DNA of 64,000 nucleotides, taken from contig JAVZPM010000001.1 of assembly GCA_038881595.1 (NCBI GenBank), positions 115,433 through 179,432 on the forward strand. Direction: 5' to 3'. Shown piece after piece: positions 51,401 through 61,746 of this stretch. How positions within the stretch are numbered: the first letter of the stretch is position 1; every line of letters begins with the position of its first letter. The translations under genes were made by a program, and so were the position numbers. The notes below the pieces were generated by a model that searched no databases, was not told the origin of the DNA, and worked only from the letters and a program-made list of their open reading frames with translations. This DNA comes from Candidatus Micrarchaeia archaeon (lineage in GTDB: Archaea; Micrarchaeota; Micrarchaeia; CABMEP01).

Positions 51401-52795
51401 TTAAAGTTGATTGGTTGTATCTTGACTTAACGATAATTTAACATTTGAGAAAAATTTCTCTTGAACCTTAAATACAAAATCATGGAAAGAAGGGGTTTGA
51501 AAAGAGGACAAGAATTTTTTCCTGAAATTCAGCTCTTCATTTAACTCATTTTTACTCATACCAAAGCTCGAGGCAATATCTTCATATTTCGAAGATTTAG
51601 ATGGATCACCCAACATAACGCCTGTTTTTCTATCGATTTGAAATATTTTATTTATCTCTCCTTCTGCGTTCATTTCTACTAATTCTATTCCTTTTCTCTC
51701 TTCCCAATATTTTCTTGTATTTGGATCATATCTCATCAATCTTCTTTGGATTACAATAAAATCTATAGATGTCACATCATGTTTTGAAATTCCTAAAGTC
51801 AACATTCGCTTAATCAATTCTTCAGAAGACTGAGCATGAAACGTTGCGTAGCTACCTCTCGCCTGACCACTAAGTATAGTTTCTATAAATGCTTCAGTTT
51901 CTTCCTTAGTTCTTATTTCACCTACTATTACTCTATCTGGCCTCATTCTTAAACTATCCTCGACAAGACTTTTCATATTAATTTTTAATTCTGGATTAGA
52001 AAGAAGATTAATTTTGTGTGGGTGTGGTATATTTATCTCTGGTGTCTCTTCTATTATTAATATTCTATCTGAAAGTGGAACGAATGAGAACATCGCATTT
52101 AAAGTGGTTGTTTTTCCACTAGAAGTGTTTCCTGCTATCAATATATTAAAATCAGATTGAAATACTAAAGAAAGAAATGCTATTGCATCTAGAGAATAAA
52201 TTTTTTTCTGAAATAATTCAACTGGAGTTATTGGATTCGATCTAAATTTTCGTATAGTCATTTCTAAATTAGATATCGGTGGGATAGATGCATGCAATCT
52301 TGAACCATCTGGAAGAACCGCATTAATCTTAGGATTTTGATAGGTAATTCTCCTACCAACTTGTCTTGCTATTTTATTAATAACAGAAATAGCGGTTTCT
52401 TGATTTCTGAATTTTAAATTTGTTTCGAGCCATCCTTTCTCCGTATGGTAAACATAAACAGGTTTACCTACACCTATAACTGCTATTTCTTCAATATTAG
52501 TATCTTGAAGGAATTCTTCAATTCCATTAAAACCATAAATATTATACATTAAATAATTAACAAAATATTTCTCTTGATCCGGATCTAAAGATATGTGATG
52601 GTACTTACAATAATCGATAAGAAGTTCTGCTATTTCTTTCCTTACGTTTTTTGAAGAGATATCTTTGTTTTTAGATTCTTCTTTAAATAATTTAGTTATA
52701 TCGACTATTATCTCCTCCTCTTCCTTAGATATAGGAGGAATAGAGAGTGAATAATCTTTCTTTTCTTTAACTATCTCCCAACCCAACATACCCAT
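51401..52795 (-). CDS. Type IV pilus assembly ATPase (CpaF/TadA/VirB11 family)
   Basis: LPDGSR, TIRKF, GNTSSGKTT, IEETPE, LRMRPDRVIVGEIR, TFHA. Confidence 0.95.
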   Translation of the reverse strand: MGMLGWEIVKEKKDYSLSIPPISKEEEEIIVDITKLFKEESKNKDISSKNVRKEIAELLIDYCKYHHISLDPDQEKYFVNYLMYNIYGFNGIEEFLQDTNIEEIAVIGVGKPVYVYHTEKGWLETNLKFRNQETAISVINKIARQVGRRITYQNPKINAVLPDGSRLHASIPPISNLEMTIRKFRSNPITPVELFQKKIYSLDAIAFLSLVFQSDFNILIAGNTSSGKTTTLNAMFSFVPLSDRILIIEETPEINIPHPHKINLLSNPELKINMKSLVEDSLRMRPDRVIVGEIRTKEETEAFIETILSGQARGSYATFHAQSSEELIKRMLTLGISKHDVTSIDFIVIQRRLMRYDPNTRKYWEERKGIELVEMNAEGEINKIFQIDRKTGVMLGDPSKSSKYEDIASSFGMSKNELNEELNFRKKFLSSFQTPSFHDFVFKVQEKFFSNVKLSLSQDTTNQL

Positions 52796-52820
52796 CCAAT
52801 TTTATATAGATAGTTAAAAC

Positions 52821-53528
52821 TTACCTTCCAAACCTTCTTTCTCTCTTTTTAATTTCCTCAATTGCACTATAAAAATCTTTCTTTGTTATGTCTGGCCATA
52901 ATTTTTTACAAAAATATAATTCTGAATATACTGATTGCCAAGGCATAAAACCGCTTAATCTAACTTCACCACCAGATCTAAATATTATATCAGGATCCCC
53001 TAAATGTGGCGCGTAAAGATAATTTGAAAATGTATTTTCATTGACTTCATTAAGTTTGCCTGTTTTTGCATCCTTTATCATTTTATTTGCTGCATCAATA
53101 AGCTCTTTTCTTCCACCATAATTACAGAATATACCCAGTTTGTATTTCTTGTTTTTCGAAGTTAGTTTATGTATTCTATCAATTTTATCTTTTATTTCTT
53201 TAGGAAAAGATGAAAAGTCTCCAACGAAAGTTATACTTATTTCTTTCCTTGCTTTTTCAAAATCTTTTGATGAAAGTAACTCATCTAACATTTTATTGAA
53301 AAGATCAAAAAGAGCGTCTACTTCTTCCTTTGACCTTTTCATATTTTCTGTTGAAAGTATCCAAATTGATAGTGTAGTTACATCTAAATCTTTACACCAT
53401 TCAATTAATTTTTTAAGTTTTTGTATTCCTGCCCAATGTCCTTCCTTTATAGATTTTCCTTTTCTTTTAGCCCATCTTCTATTTCCATCTGGAATTATTG
53501 CCAAGTGGATACCGCTCAATTTTTTCAC
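52821..53528 (-). CDS. uppS: cis-prenyltransferase (polyprenyl diphosphate synthase)
   Basis: HLAIIPDGNRRWA, STEN..RS..EV, YGGR.E, RSGGEVRLSGF, RRFG. Confidence 0.96.
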   Translation of the reverse strand: MKKLSGIHLAIIPDGNRRWAKRKGKSIKEGHWAGIQKLKKLIEWCKDLDVTTLSIWILSTENMKRSKEEVDALFDLFNKMLDELLSSKDFEKARKEISITFVGDFSSFPKEIKDKIDRIHKLTSKNKKYKLGIFCNYGGRKELIDAANKMIKDAKTGKLNEVNENTFSNYLYAPHLGDPDIIFRSGGEVRLSGFMPWQSVYSELYFCKKLWPDITKKDFYSAIEEIKKRERRFGR

Positions 53529-53540
53529 CTTTCTTAATCG

Positions 53541-55064
53541 TTATTCAACCTTATTTAGATAGGGTATTGATCTTAAAATTTTTTGTGGAACTAAAGCATT
53601 GAAAATCTTAGTAATGAAACCTAAAACCTTAAAGCCGAGTATATTAGCAGATATTAAATAAATACTTATTCCAAATAAGATAAACAAAAATAAATTAATA
53701 AACGAAGCGCCTGGATCAAAAAATAATCTTAATAGTAATATAGCTCCCGCCATTATTAAAGACGATAGTAATGGGATTTTTATTGGAAATATGAATTTAA
53801 CTTTTAGAATTTTCTCACTCCATTTAACCATAACTACTAAACCAAATGCCCTTGAGACAACTGAAGCTGTTGCAGCTCCGATGATACCAATGACTGGAAT
53901 TAAAATTAAGTTTAGGATTATATTTATAACTGATGCTAAGACTGCACACATTCCAATTTGTTTCGTTAGTTTTTTTGCACCTAGATATGAGTTTATCATT
54001 CCTGTAATAACGCCGTCAAAAATAAAATAAGATAAAATTATTAAAGGAAATGCTGCGTCCATATATTGAAGACCAAAAAATACATTTACTATTGAATCTG
54101 AAAGTAAAGCCAGGCCAAAAACTGCAGGTAAAGATATGAAAAGTAAATATTTTATTGTTTTATTTAAATTTTCGAAAGAATCGTTTCCTTGTGATTCAGA
54201 TGAAGTGAAATATGGAAAACTAACCTTACTTATTCCACTAAGTAATGAAGAACTAGAAGAGGCGATAGAAACGGCAATTCTATATACACCCACTGAAGTC
54301 GTACCTAGGAAGAATCCTAACATTATCGAATCTGTCCACATTGTAAATGTCGCTGCTATCGAAGTTATTCCATAGAAGAACCCAAATGAAAACATATCCT
54401 GTAATGAATCCTCGCTTTTACCTGAGAATGAGATTACATTTCTTAGAATATATGACTGAATAAAAGTTGCTATTGCAACAGATATTATATATCCCATTAT
54501 TGCTCCATCTACACCAAACCCTAAAATCACAAGTCCTGCAGATAGTATTAATCTTAATAATTGATTAATTGTAGAGATAATTGATTCCTCTCTAAACTTT
54601 TTAATTCCATCAAGAATTCCTGAAAGAACGACAAAAAGATTATAAAATATAAAATAAATAGAACCTGCTAGAAAATATTTAGCTCCGTTTTGAATATTAA
54701 ATAAAGATGCTAAATTTTCAGAAAATATGAACATTAAAAACGCGATAAAGAATATAATTGCTAATTTCCATCTTAAAGGTGATGCTAATTTATATTTTAA
54801 TTCTTTTTTATTTTTATCATACTTTGATGAAAGGTAAACTATATAGTAATTTAAACCTATTTCCGATATAGAAGAAAGAAAAGAAACAACTGCTATTATT
54901 GTAGATAATATACCCCAATTTTCTTTATCTAAAAGCCTTGCAAGAATTACAGTTGATATTAGACCTAAAAATAATATAAAAAAAATTCCTGAATAAGCCC
55001 AGAATGAAGACTTTATCATTTCATTCATAGATTTTCTTTTATCTGTTTCTGTTTTAAAACCCAT
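53541..55064 (-). CDS. Oligosaccharide flippase (Wzx/MOP superfamily)
   Basis: ~14 TMs; LARLL..E.WG, TDSIMLG......VGVY, NIILNLILIP..GIIGAA.AS. Confidence 0.9.
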   Translation of the reverse strand: MGFKTETDKRKSMNEMIKSSFWAYSGIFFILFLGLISTVILARLLDKENWGILSTIIAVVSFLSSISEIGLNYYIVYLSSKYDKNKKELKYKLASPLRWKLAIIFFIAFLMFIFSENLASLFNIQNGAKYFLAGSIYFIFYNLFVVLSGILDGIKKFREESIISTINQLLRLILSAGLVILGFGVDGAIMGYIISVAIATFIQSYILRNVISFSGKSEDSLQDMFSFGFFYGITSIAATFTMWTDSIMLGFFLGTTSVGVYRIAVSIASSSSSLLSGISKVSFPYFTSSESQGNDSFENLNKTIKYLLFISLPAVFGLALLSDSIVNVFFGLQYMDAAFPLIILSYFIFDGVITGMINSYLGAKKLTKQIGMCAVLASVINIILNLILIPVIGIIGAATASVVSRAFGLVVMVKWSEKILKVKFIFPIKIPLLSSLIMAGAILLLRLFFDPGASFINLFLFILFGISIYLISANILGFKVLGFITKIFNALVPQKILRSIPYLNKVE

Positions 55065-55110
55065 AAATAAATTTAGATGGAAAGTAATAAAAGATTAAAT
55101 AATTTATAAA

Positions 55111-55755
55111 TTAAAATTTAAGGAAAAGAAAAGCTAAAATTCCAGCTACAAGAGTACATATAAAATTCGATGTACTTTTAGTTCCTAATCCTTTTTCTTC
55201 AAATACTCCTGCTATTGAATCAGCTAAACTTCCAAGAAAACCAAAGAATCCTATCAATAATATATTCAAAGGATTGAAAGAATATACAAAGTACGCCACA
55301 ACACCTATTATTAAAGAACCAACGAAAGATAGATATGTTCCTAAAATTGAAATTGCTCCAGAAGTACCTTGCCTTACAGGTTTGAATGTAGCTAATGATA
55401 TTGGATTCGGGGACAGTACACCTAATTCAGAAGCAAATTTATCTGCCATGGCACCTGCAAAAGCAGAAACATAAGATAATATCCATATAGGATCGTTAGT
55501 TATATAATAAAATCCGCATGAAATAAGTGGGAATAGTGAATTTGAAAGTACGTTCTGCCAACTTCTTTCATGTTCATATACTCCTTTCTCTTTCTTTTCT
55601 TCATACATATATTTTGTTATCCCAACTCCTATTATCAAAAAAGTTAAAGCTATTATAAGGTTCTGAATCGCAAAAGGACCTGAAAGAATATAAACTAAAA
55701 ATGCTGCTATTAATACTGAAAATATTCCTATTGCATCAAGTAAAAGTAATCTCAT
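55111..55755 (-). CDS. DUF92 (TMEM19-like) membrane protein
   Basis: RSWQNVLSN, ADKFASELG, GTSGAIS..GT, GSLADS..G, NFICT. Confidence 0.9.
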   Translation of the reverse strand: MRLLLLDAIGIFSVLIAAFLVYILSGPFAIQNLIIALTFLIIGVGITKYMYEEKKEKGVYEHERSWQNVLSNSLFPLISCGFYYITNDPIWILSYVSAFAGAMADKFASELGVLSPNPISLATFKPVRQGTSGAISILGTYLSFVGSLIIGVVAYFVYSFNPLNILLIGFFGFLGSLADSIAGVFEEKGLGTKSTSNFICTLVAGILAFLFLKF

Positions 55756-55783
55756 AAAACCACTTTGTATGAATAATCAATTT

Positions 55784-56797
55784 TTATTTATTCCCTATTC
55801 CATCTACAGAGATAATTCCTCTCTCTACTTTAAATTGTTTTCCAGTAAAAAGAGGGATTACATTCATGCATGATTGCATGTGCTCTGTTATTTTATTAAC
55901 TTTTATCTCGGATTTCCCAGAAGCTAAAGCCATATATATTAAAAGTTGATCTCCCATCCAATCATCTACACAACCTTTTGATTTTATTAACTTGTTTAGA
56001 TTTTTTGCACAGTTTAAAGCAAGTTTTTCAGCTTTTAAACCTTTTTCACCTAAAACATCATAACCTAATATTGTATTTTCATATTCTGCCCAAAGAGTTA
56101 TAGAATTACCTGCAGAATGTGATATTTTATTTCTTTTATTTAGAATAATACCTGGAAAGATTTCTCTTATACTTTCTTCTTCTCTATCCATAATATCTTC
56201 AGGAAGGTTTGATTGGGAAATAATTCCGTTTATTGATTTTAGATTTATTTTTTTAGTCAATGATAATGGATTAATATTAGATGGTTTTACAAAAAGAATC
56301 ACTTTTCCTCCACCTTTTGGATACCATCCAAACTCTTCTACAAGTATTTCTGCGTTAACATTCATTTTTCTAATAAGAGGTAAAAATACGTTTTCGAAAT
56401 AATCAATTGAAGGAGAATGTGAAACATGTGTTCCACCTTTAAAAGATATCTTAGAAGGTCTATCTGCATATAACATTACTGGAAGAATTGATTGCATAAG
56501 AAGTGAAATAGAACCTGCTGTTCCTATATCAAATTCATAATACCCACCTATTATTTTATTAGGTTTAAAAAATAGTTCTGTAGAACCTATTACGTTTCCC
56601 TGCACTTCTGCTTTTGTAATCAATGAAAGTGAATTTACAGATGTTAGGTGTTGAGGTTGTAAGCCTGGCTTTGGTCTTTTTGCTCTTATATTTTTTATAC
56701 TAAACGGAATACCTGTAATACAAGAAAGAGCCAATGCGACCCTTAATATCTGACCTCCTCCTTCACCTATAGAGCCGTCTATTATAATCGGATCCAT
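55784..56797 (-). CDS. rtcA: RNA 3'-terminal phosphate cyclase
   Basis: IDGS.GEGGGQILR, IRAKRPKPGL..QH, GTAGSI.L, GGT.V..SP, GWYPKGGG, DQL; ATG at 56797 follows GGTGA. Confidence 0.96.
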   Translation of the reverse strand: MDPIIIDGSIGEGGGQILRVALALSCITGIPFSIKNIRAKRPKPGLQPQHLTSVNSLSLITKAEVQGNVIGSTELFFKPNKIIGGYYEFDIGTAGSISLLMQSILPVMLYADRPSKISFKGGTHVSHSPSIDYFENVFLPLIRKMNVNAEILVEEFGWYPKGGGKVILFVKPSNINPLSLTKKINLKSINGIISQSNLPEDIMDREEESIREIFPGIILNKRNKISHSAGNSITLWAEYENTILGYDVLGEKGLKAEKLALNCAKNLNKLIKSKGCVDDWMGDQLLIYMALASGKSEIKVNKITEHMQSCMNVIPLFTGKQFKVERGIISVDGIGNK

Positions 56798-56821
56798 AAA
56801 TTTCACCTATAGTGAAAAGAA

Positions 56822-56891
56822 AGAGGCCAGTGCGTTCGCACTGGCGAGGCGACCAATTTGAGGCAGATGTACAAAATTCGATGTACCCTCT
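56822..56891. ncRNA. Candidate structured RNA / leader element upstream of rtcA
   Basis: GC-rich island in AT-rich DNA: closing stem AGAGG/CCTCT, hairpin GCCAGTGCG-TT-CGCACTGGC (56826-56845), hairpin GTACA-AAATTCGA-TGTAC. Confidence 0.5.
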
Positions 56892-56908
56892 ATTAGTATA
56901 ATATCTAA

Positions 56909-56924
56909 AAGATTTATAAATCTT
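56909..56924. promoter_or_regulatory. Palindromic TATA-box element AAGATTTATAAATCTT
   Basis: Perfect 16-bp palindrome containing TTTATAAA, ~25 nt upstream of the structured element on the minus strand. Confidence 0.5.
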
Positions 56925-57088
56925 ACTATATTAATCGATTTAATATAAATATTTTTTCTTTTAACCATACTTCCTATACTTCCACTAAAAATTAAAATTA
57001 AGAATATAAATAGGCCGACCCTTTCTTCAAGTAAACTTTCTATTTGAAATGTTTTAATAGTTTTAGAAGAAATTTAATTGGGGATCTG

Positions 57089-58255
57089 ATGGATTTTAAA
57101 GTTTTAGCACACCTTTCTAAAAAGAAAGGTTGTGGTGGAAAAAGAGTTGAAGAACCTGAAGGATTCATAGTTGAGGAAATTTTTAATGGAAAAAATGTAA
57201 AAGAGCTGAATCTTAAAGAAGAGAAAGAAACAGAATATATTACATTTGTATTAAAAAAGAAAAATTATACTACTTATGAAGCACTAAAAACTATATCAGA
57301 ACGACTTCATATAGAGATAGATAGATTTAGTGTTGCGGGACAAAAGGATAAAAATGCTATAACATATCAATTAGTTTCTTGCTGGAAAGGTAAAGATATT
57401 ACATCTCAAAAACTTCTTAATGCGATTAAGGGAGAAGAAAATATAGAAATAGTCAAATTATGGAATACAGATTATAAGATCAAGATTGGTGAATTAACTG
57501 GAAATAGTTTTACTGTAAGAATTAAAGACGTTGAAAATATAGACAATATTTATGAAATAATGAAAGATAATAAAGATAAAATACCTAATTATTTCGGACC
57601 GCAGAGGTTTGGAACTAGATCTACGAATGTTAAAGTTGCAAGATATTTATTATTAAAGAATTATGAAGCTGCAATTAAAAACCTACTTCAAATACCTGAA
57701 AATGAAAACATGAATGATGTTGATAATTTGAATAATATTGGTTTATATGAGAAAAAAATCGCTAGATTTCTTAAAGGTAAGACTGAACCTAAAGACTTTA
57801 TGCGCGCTTTAAAAATCATTCCTCACTCTATCTTAAAATTAATACTTGAATCATACCAATCATATTTATTTAATTTAGAATTAAGTTATAGAATAGAAAA
57901 CAATTTGCTTGAACCTATGCAAAATGATAAAACTTGTGGCTTTAATAAGTATGGATTTATAGATGTAAATATGCCTGGAAATGAAGTTGTTTGTACTCAA
58001 TTAATCGGATATGATAGTAAACCAAATAACATAACAAAAGACATATTATGGGAAGAAGGTATAGAAATTGGTGATTTTAAACTTCGTGAACTTTCTAATG
58101 TCAGCTTAAAAGGTTCTTGGCGTCCATTACTTGTCAATGTAAAAGATTTAAATATTAAGAAAGATAAAAATGAATACGAATTAAAATTTAAACTAACAAA
58201 AGGAGCATACGCGACTAGCGCTTTAAGAGAATTTATGGATATAAAAAGAATATAA
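57089..58255 (+). CDS. truD: tRNA pseudouridine13 synthase
   Basis: FIVEEI, AGQKDKNAITYQ, GEL.GNSF, PNYFGPQRFG, YQSYLFN, F.L.KGAYAT..LRE. Confidence 0.95.
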   Translation: MDFKVLAHLSKKKGCGGKRVEEPEGFIVEEIFNGKNVKELNLKEEKETEYITFVLKKKNYTTYEALKTISERLHIEIDRFSVAGQKDKNAITYQLVSCWKGKDITSQKLLNAIKGEENIEIVKLWNTDYKIKIGELTGNSFTVRIKDVENIDNIYEIMKDNKDKIPNYFGPQRFGTRSTNVKVARYLLLKNYEAAIKNLLQIPENENMNDVDNLNNIGLYEKKIARFLKGKTEPKDFMRALKIIPHSILKLILESYQSYLFNLELSYRIENNLLEPMQNDKTCGFNKYGFIDVNMPGNEVVCTQLIGYDSKPNNITKDILWEEGIEIGDFKLRELSNVSLKGSWRPLLVNVKDLNIKKDKNEYELKFKLTKGAYATSALREFMDIKRI

Positions 58256-58265
58256 GAGGATTAAA

Positions 58266-59447
58266 ATGAATCTTCAATTCAATAGAATAATAGAATATAT
58301 TATGATGTTCTTAGTTCTTTTTTTTACTACAACAATGTTATTAATATATCTAAAAAACAGAAAAAAAGTTAGAGAAACTGCAAAAAGAACTAAATATGAA
58401 CCTACGGTGAGTTTCATCATTCCTGCATATAATGAAGAAGAAACTATATTAGATACTATAAAATCTGTTTTGAAATCAGACTATCCAAAAGACAAAATTG
58501 AGATTATTGTTGTAAATGATGGATCTACTGATAAAACTGCTGAAGTTGTAAAGACAATTAAAGATAAAAGAGTTAAATTGATAAATAAGAAAAATAGTGG
58601 AAAAGCAGATTCTTTAAACAAAGGAATAGAAAAAGCAAAAGGAGAGATTATCGTAACTTTAGACGCTGATTCATATATTGAAAAAGACAGTCTAAGAAAA
58701 ATGATTTCTTACTTTAAAGATGATGTAGCAGCCGTTACCTCAGCTGTAAAAGTAAAGGAAAGAGAAAATATGACTTTTCTTGAGAAGCTCCAAAGATTGG
58801 AATATTTATTTACTATATTTAATAGAAGATTATTTGCTATGATTAATGGAGTTTATGTAACACCTGGTCCGTTTAGTGCTTTCAGAAGAGAAATATTTGA
58901 TATTGTTGGTGGATTTGACCCTAATAACATAATGGAAGATCAAGAAATCGCATTGAGAATACAGGCTGCAAATTATAAAATAGAGAGCTGTATGGATGCT
59001 GTTGTTTATACTGATGTTCCTAAAGACTTCTCTTCATTCATGAAACAAAGAGAAAGATGGCATCGTGGTGGATTTAGAAACGTGCTTAAGTATGCATATA
59101 CTATAAATCCTAAATATGGTGACTTTGGAGTATTTGTAATGTTTTATAGTGTACTATCTATAATTTTATTAATTGTTGTTTCTTTAGCTGTGGCTACTGC
59201 TGTTTCAAAAGGTAATTTTTTAGTTTTTGACAAACTTCTTCTTACGATAGAACCTATTCATATATTATCAGCAATAGTTCTTATTATCACATTAGCATGG
59301 ACAGTAATTGCACTAAAAGAGATGAAGGAAAATAGAATAAAAAAAAGAGATTTGATAATTTATACTATATTATATTGCTATCTAATAACATTATTTATGT
59401 TTATTGCTATATTTAAAGAGCTAAAGGGAGAAAAACAAAGATGGTAA
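58266..59447 (+). CDS. Processive membrane GT2 glycosyltransferase (cellulose synthase/PgaC-like)
   Basis: IPAYNEE, NDGSTD, GKADSLN, DADS, ED, QRERW; C-terminal TMs. Confidence 0.93.
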   Translation: MNLQFNRIIEYIMMFLVLFFTTTMLLIYLKNRKKVRETAKRTKYEPTVSFIIPAYNEEETILDTIKSVLKSDYPKDKIEIIVVNDGSTDKTAEVVKTIKDKRVKLINKKNSGKADSLNKGIEKAKGEIIVTLDADSYIEKDSLRKMISYFKDDVAAVTSAVKVKERENMTFLEKLQRLEYLFTIFNRRLFAMINGVYVTPGPFSAFRREIFDIVGGFDPNNIMEDQEIALRIQAANYKIESCMDAVVYTDVPKDFSSFMKQRERWHRGGFRNVLKYAYTINPKYGDFGVFVMFYSVLSIILLIVVSLAVATAVSKGNFLVFDKLLLTIEPIHILSAIVLIITLAWTVIALKEMKENRIKKRDLIIYTILYCYLITLFMFIAIFKELKGEKQRW

Positions 59448-59465
59448 AAGGAAATTGGTGATTTT

Positions 59466-60110
59466 ATGACATTGAAGAAATTAGAAAGAAAGATTAGCTG
59501 GGACCTATACTTGACTGCTTTTGTTATATCTTTAGTAATATTTAGCATAGGTGTATGGTTTGGATTACAAATAGAAAAAACTGTTTATGAGCAAATGATT
59601 GAAAAAATTACAAATTTAAATAACCATATTATCGCAGTTGGGAATCTATTACTTCTTGAAAATGATAAAAGTTATTGTGAGTACATCAAAAGTGAGATTG
59701 CTAAATTTGATGAAGAGACATATGAACTTGGAAAACAGATAGAATTTATGGAAGATAGAAGAGGTATAGATGAAGAAGTTAAAATAAATTATATGGAACT
59801 TGAATTTAGAGATTATTTATTAGCTAAAAAAGTAAACCAAATCTGTGGAGAAAAGCAAAATTTAATTTTATACTTTGTAAATAGTGAAACCTGTCAAAAA
59901 TGTAAAGAACAGGGAGAAATTATAACATCCGCAAGAACTAAAACAAATACTAAAGTATATACTTTTGATCTTTCAATAAACACAAGTTTAGTAAATGCGT
60001 TAAAGAAGAGATATGAAATAAGAGATGATTCGTTACCAATAATTATTATAAATGATCAAATTAATTTTGGTTTTATGAATGAAGAAGAGATAATTTCTAA
60101 ATTGAATTAA
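59466..60110 (+). CDS. Membrane-anchored protein with C-terminal thioredoxin-like CxxC domain
   Basis: N-terminal TM; ILYF...CQKC.EQG; LP.IIIN...GF. Confidence 0.75.
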   Translation: MTLKKLERKISWDLYLTAFVISLVIFSIGVWFGLQIEKTVYEQMIEKITNLNNHIIAVGNLLLLENDKSYCEYIKSEIAKFDEETYELGKQIEFMEDRRGIDEEVKINYMELEFRDYLLAKKVNQICGEKQNLILYFVNSETCQKCKEQGEIITSARTKTNTKVYTFDLSINTSLVNALKKRYEIRDDSLPIIIINDQINFGFMNEEEIISKLN

Positions 60111-60129
60111 TTAAGTTACAAAAGGGTTT

Positions 60130-60447
60130 ATGATGAAAGATAGAGTATTAGTAAATATTATGGAAAGAAATAAGCAAACTGTAATAGCTATATGTGATGA
60201 ATCAGTATTAGGAAAGAAATACATAGAAGGCGAATTGTGCCTTGATTTGATTAAGTATAAAAAATTTTACGAAGGTAAAGTTATAGAAGATGTAAAAGAA
60301 TTAAAAGAAAAAATTAAATCTGCTTCATCTATAAATATAGTAGGAAAGGAATCGATAAAATTAATGGAAAATCTTGGATTTGACATAAAAAACTGTAAAT
60401 ACATAGGAAAAGAAAAGATACCGCATTTACAGATATATAGATTATAA
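60130..60447 (+). CDS. DUF424 family protein
   Basis: AICDE.VLGKK..EG, FYEG, NIVGKESI, IPHLQIY. Confidence 0.9.
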   Translation: MMKDRVLVNIMERNKQTVIAICDESVLGKKYIEGELCLDLIKYKKFYEGKVIEDVKELKEKIKSASSINIVGKESIKLMENLGFDIKNCKYIGKEKIPHLQIYRL

Positions 60448-60451
60448 ATTT

Positions 60452-61615
60452 TTACTTTATTGCTGAAATTATTTTAATAACGTCCCCATTATTCAGAATA
60501 TGATCTTTTCCTATTCTTATTTTTCTCTTTGCGTCTACTGCATATATGAAATTTTTCGCAAGATCTGTATGTATCTTTGCTGCAAATTGAAGTGCAGTCG
60601 TTCCTTTCTTTACTAATATAGCATCTGGCAGAATATTTCCAAAATTATCCGAAAATTTATTTTCATCACTTACAGGATAAACAACTATTAAACCTAAAAA
60701 ATCAAAAACTGCTTTATTTATTACTTCTTGAACTTTTGTTCCACCGTTTGATTCAATGACTTTTTTTATTTTTTCGAGTGCTTGTCTTTGTTGTTCGTTA
60801 GCATTTATTATTTCAAAATGATTTTCGCCAGGAGTATATTTAATAATGTTATTTTTGGCAGCTTTCCTTAAAGCTAGCTCACCATCTGCATAAGTCGGAA
60901 TTATTAATTTATCTGGAAACTTTTCTTTTAATTTTAGATAATTTTCTCTTGCTCCAGGAATGTCTATTTTGTTTGCTGCGATTATGATAGGCATTGATTC
61001 TTTTTTTATTTCTCTACAAAATTCAAGTATTTGATTATCGCTCCAATTTATTCTTTCTAAAGGAAGATTCAATTTCTTTGCTGTTTTTTCTATTTCATCT
61101 GCTGATATTTTTAATCCTGATAATATTTCTTGAATTGCTTTTATATCTCTACCTTTGATCTTACTCCATCCTCTTTTTATAATACCCTCTATCCAATAAA
61201 TTAATTCTTCTTCAATAAATATAATTTCTTCACTAGGGTCATAATTCTCAGTTGGATTACCATCTGCATCCGTCTTTCCACTTACATCTACTACTTGAAT
61301 AAGAACATCAGCCGATCTAATATCATCTAAAAAACGATTCCCAAGTCCTTTTCCTTCATGTGCACCTGGAACTAAACCTGCGATGTCTAATAGATTTATT
61401 GGAACAAATCTCTTTCCATTATAGCATTTCCCATTTTTAGGATTACATACTACTCCTAATTCTTTACATGGACAATCAACTTCAACATAAGTAATTCCTT
61501 TATTAGGATCGATTGTTGTAAATGGACGCGGACTTATTGGAACATCTATTGTTGTTGCTGCAGAAAAGAAAGTTGATTTTCCACTTGATGGTTTGCCTGT
61601 TATTCCTATTAACAT
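60452..61615 (-). CDS. ychF: Archaeal YchF/OBG-family translation-associated GTPase with TGS domain
   Basis: GKPSSGKST, PFTTIDPN, DIAGLVPGAHEGKGLGN.FLDD, ANKID, IHTDL. Confidence 0.92.
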   Translation of the reverse strand: MLIGITGKPSSGKSTFFSAATTIDVPISPRPFTTIDPNKGITYVEVDCPCKELGVVCNPKNGKCYNGKRFVPINLLDIAGLVPGAHEGKGLGNRFLDDIRSADVLIQVVDVSGKTDADGNPTENYDPSEEIIFIEEELIYWIEGIIKRGWSKIKGRDIKAIQEILSGLKISADEIEKTAKKLNLPLERINWSDNQILEFCREIKKESMPIIIAANKIDIPGARENYLKLKEKFPDKLIIPTYADGELALRKAAKNNIIKYTPGENHFEIINANEQQRQALEKIKKVIESNGGTKVQEVINKAVFDFLGLIVVYPVSDENKFSDNFGNILPDAILVKKGTTALQFAAKIHTDLAKNFIYAVDAKRKIRIGKDHILNNGDVIKIISAIK

Positions 61616-61746
61616 TTTATCTCCTTTGTAAATTTATTTCCATTGTTAAAAAGAAATAAAAACATATCTCATATATATTAATGTGTTTATTAGTGTAATA
61701 TTTAACTTAATAAATATATGACTAAATATATAAAAACGGTGGTATA

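Noticed and set aside
51401-52795. ATPase as a conjugative VirB4/CedB
   Set aside because: Motifs and the adjacent TadC-like gene identify a CpaF/TadA pilus ATPase.
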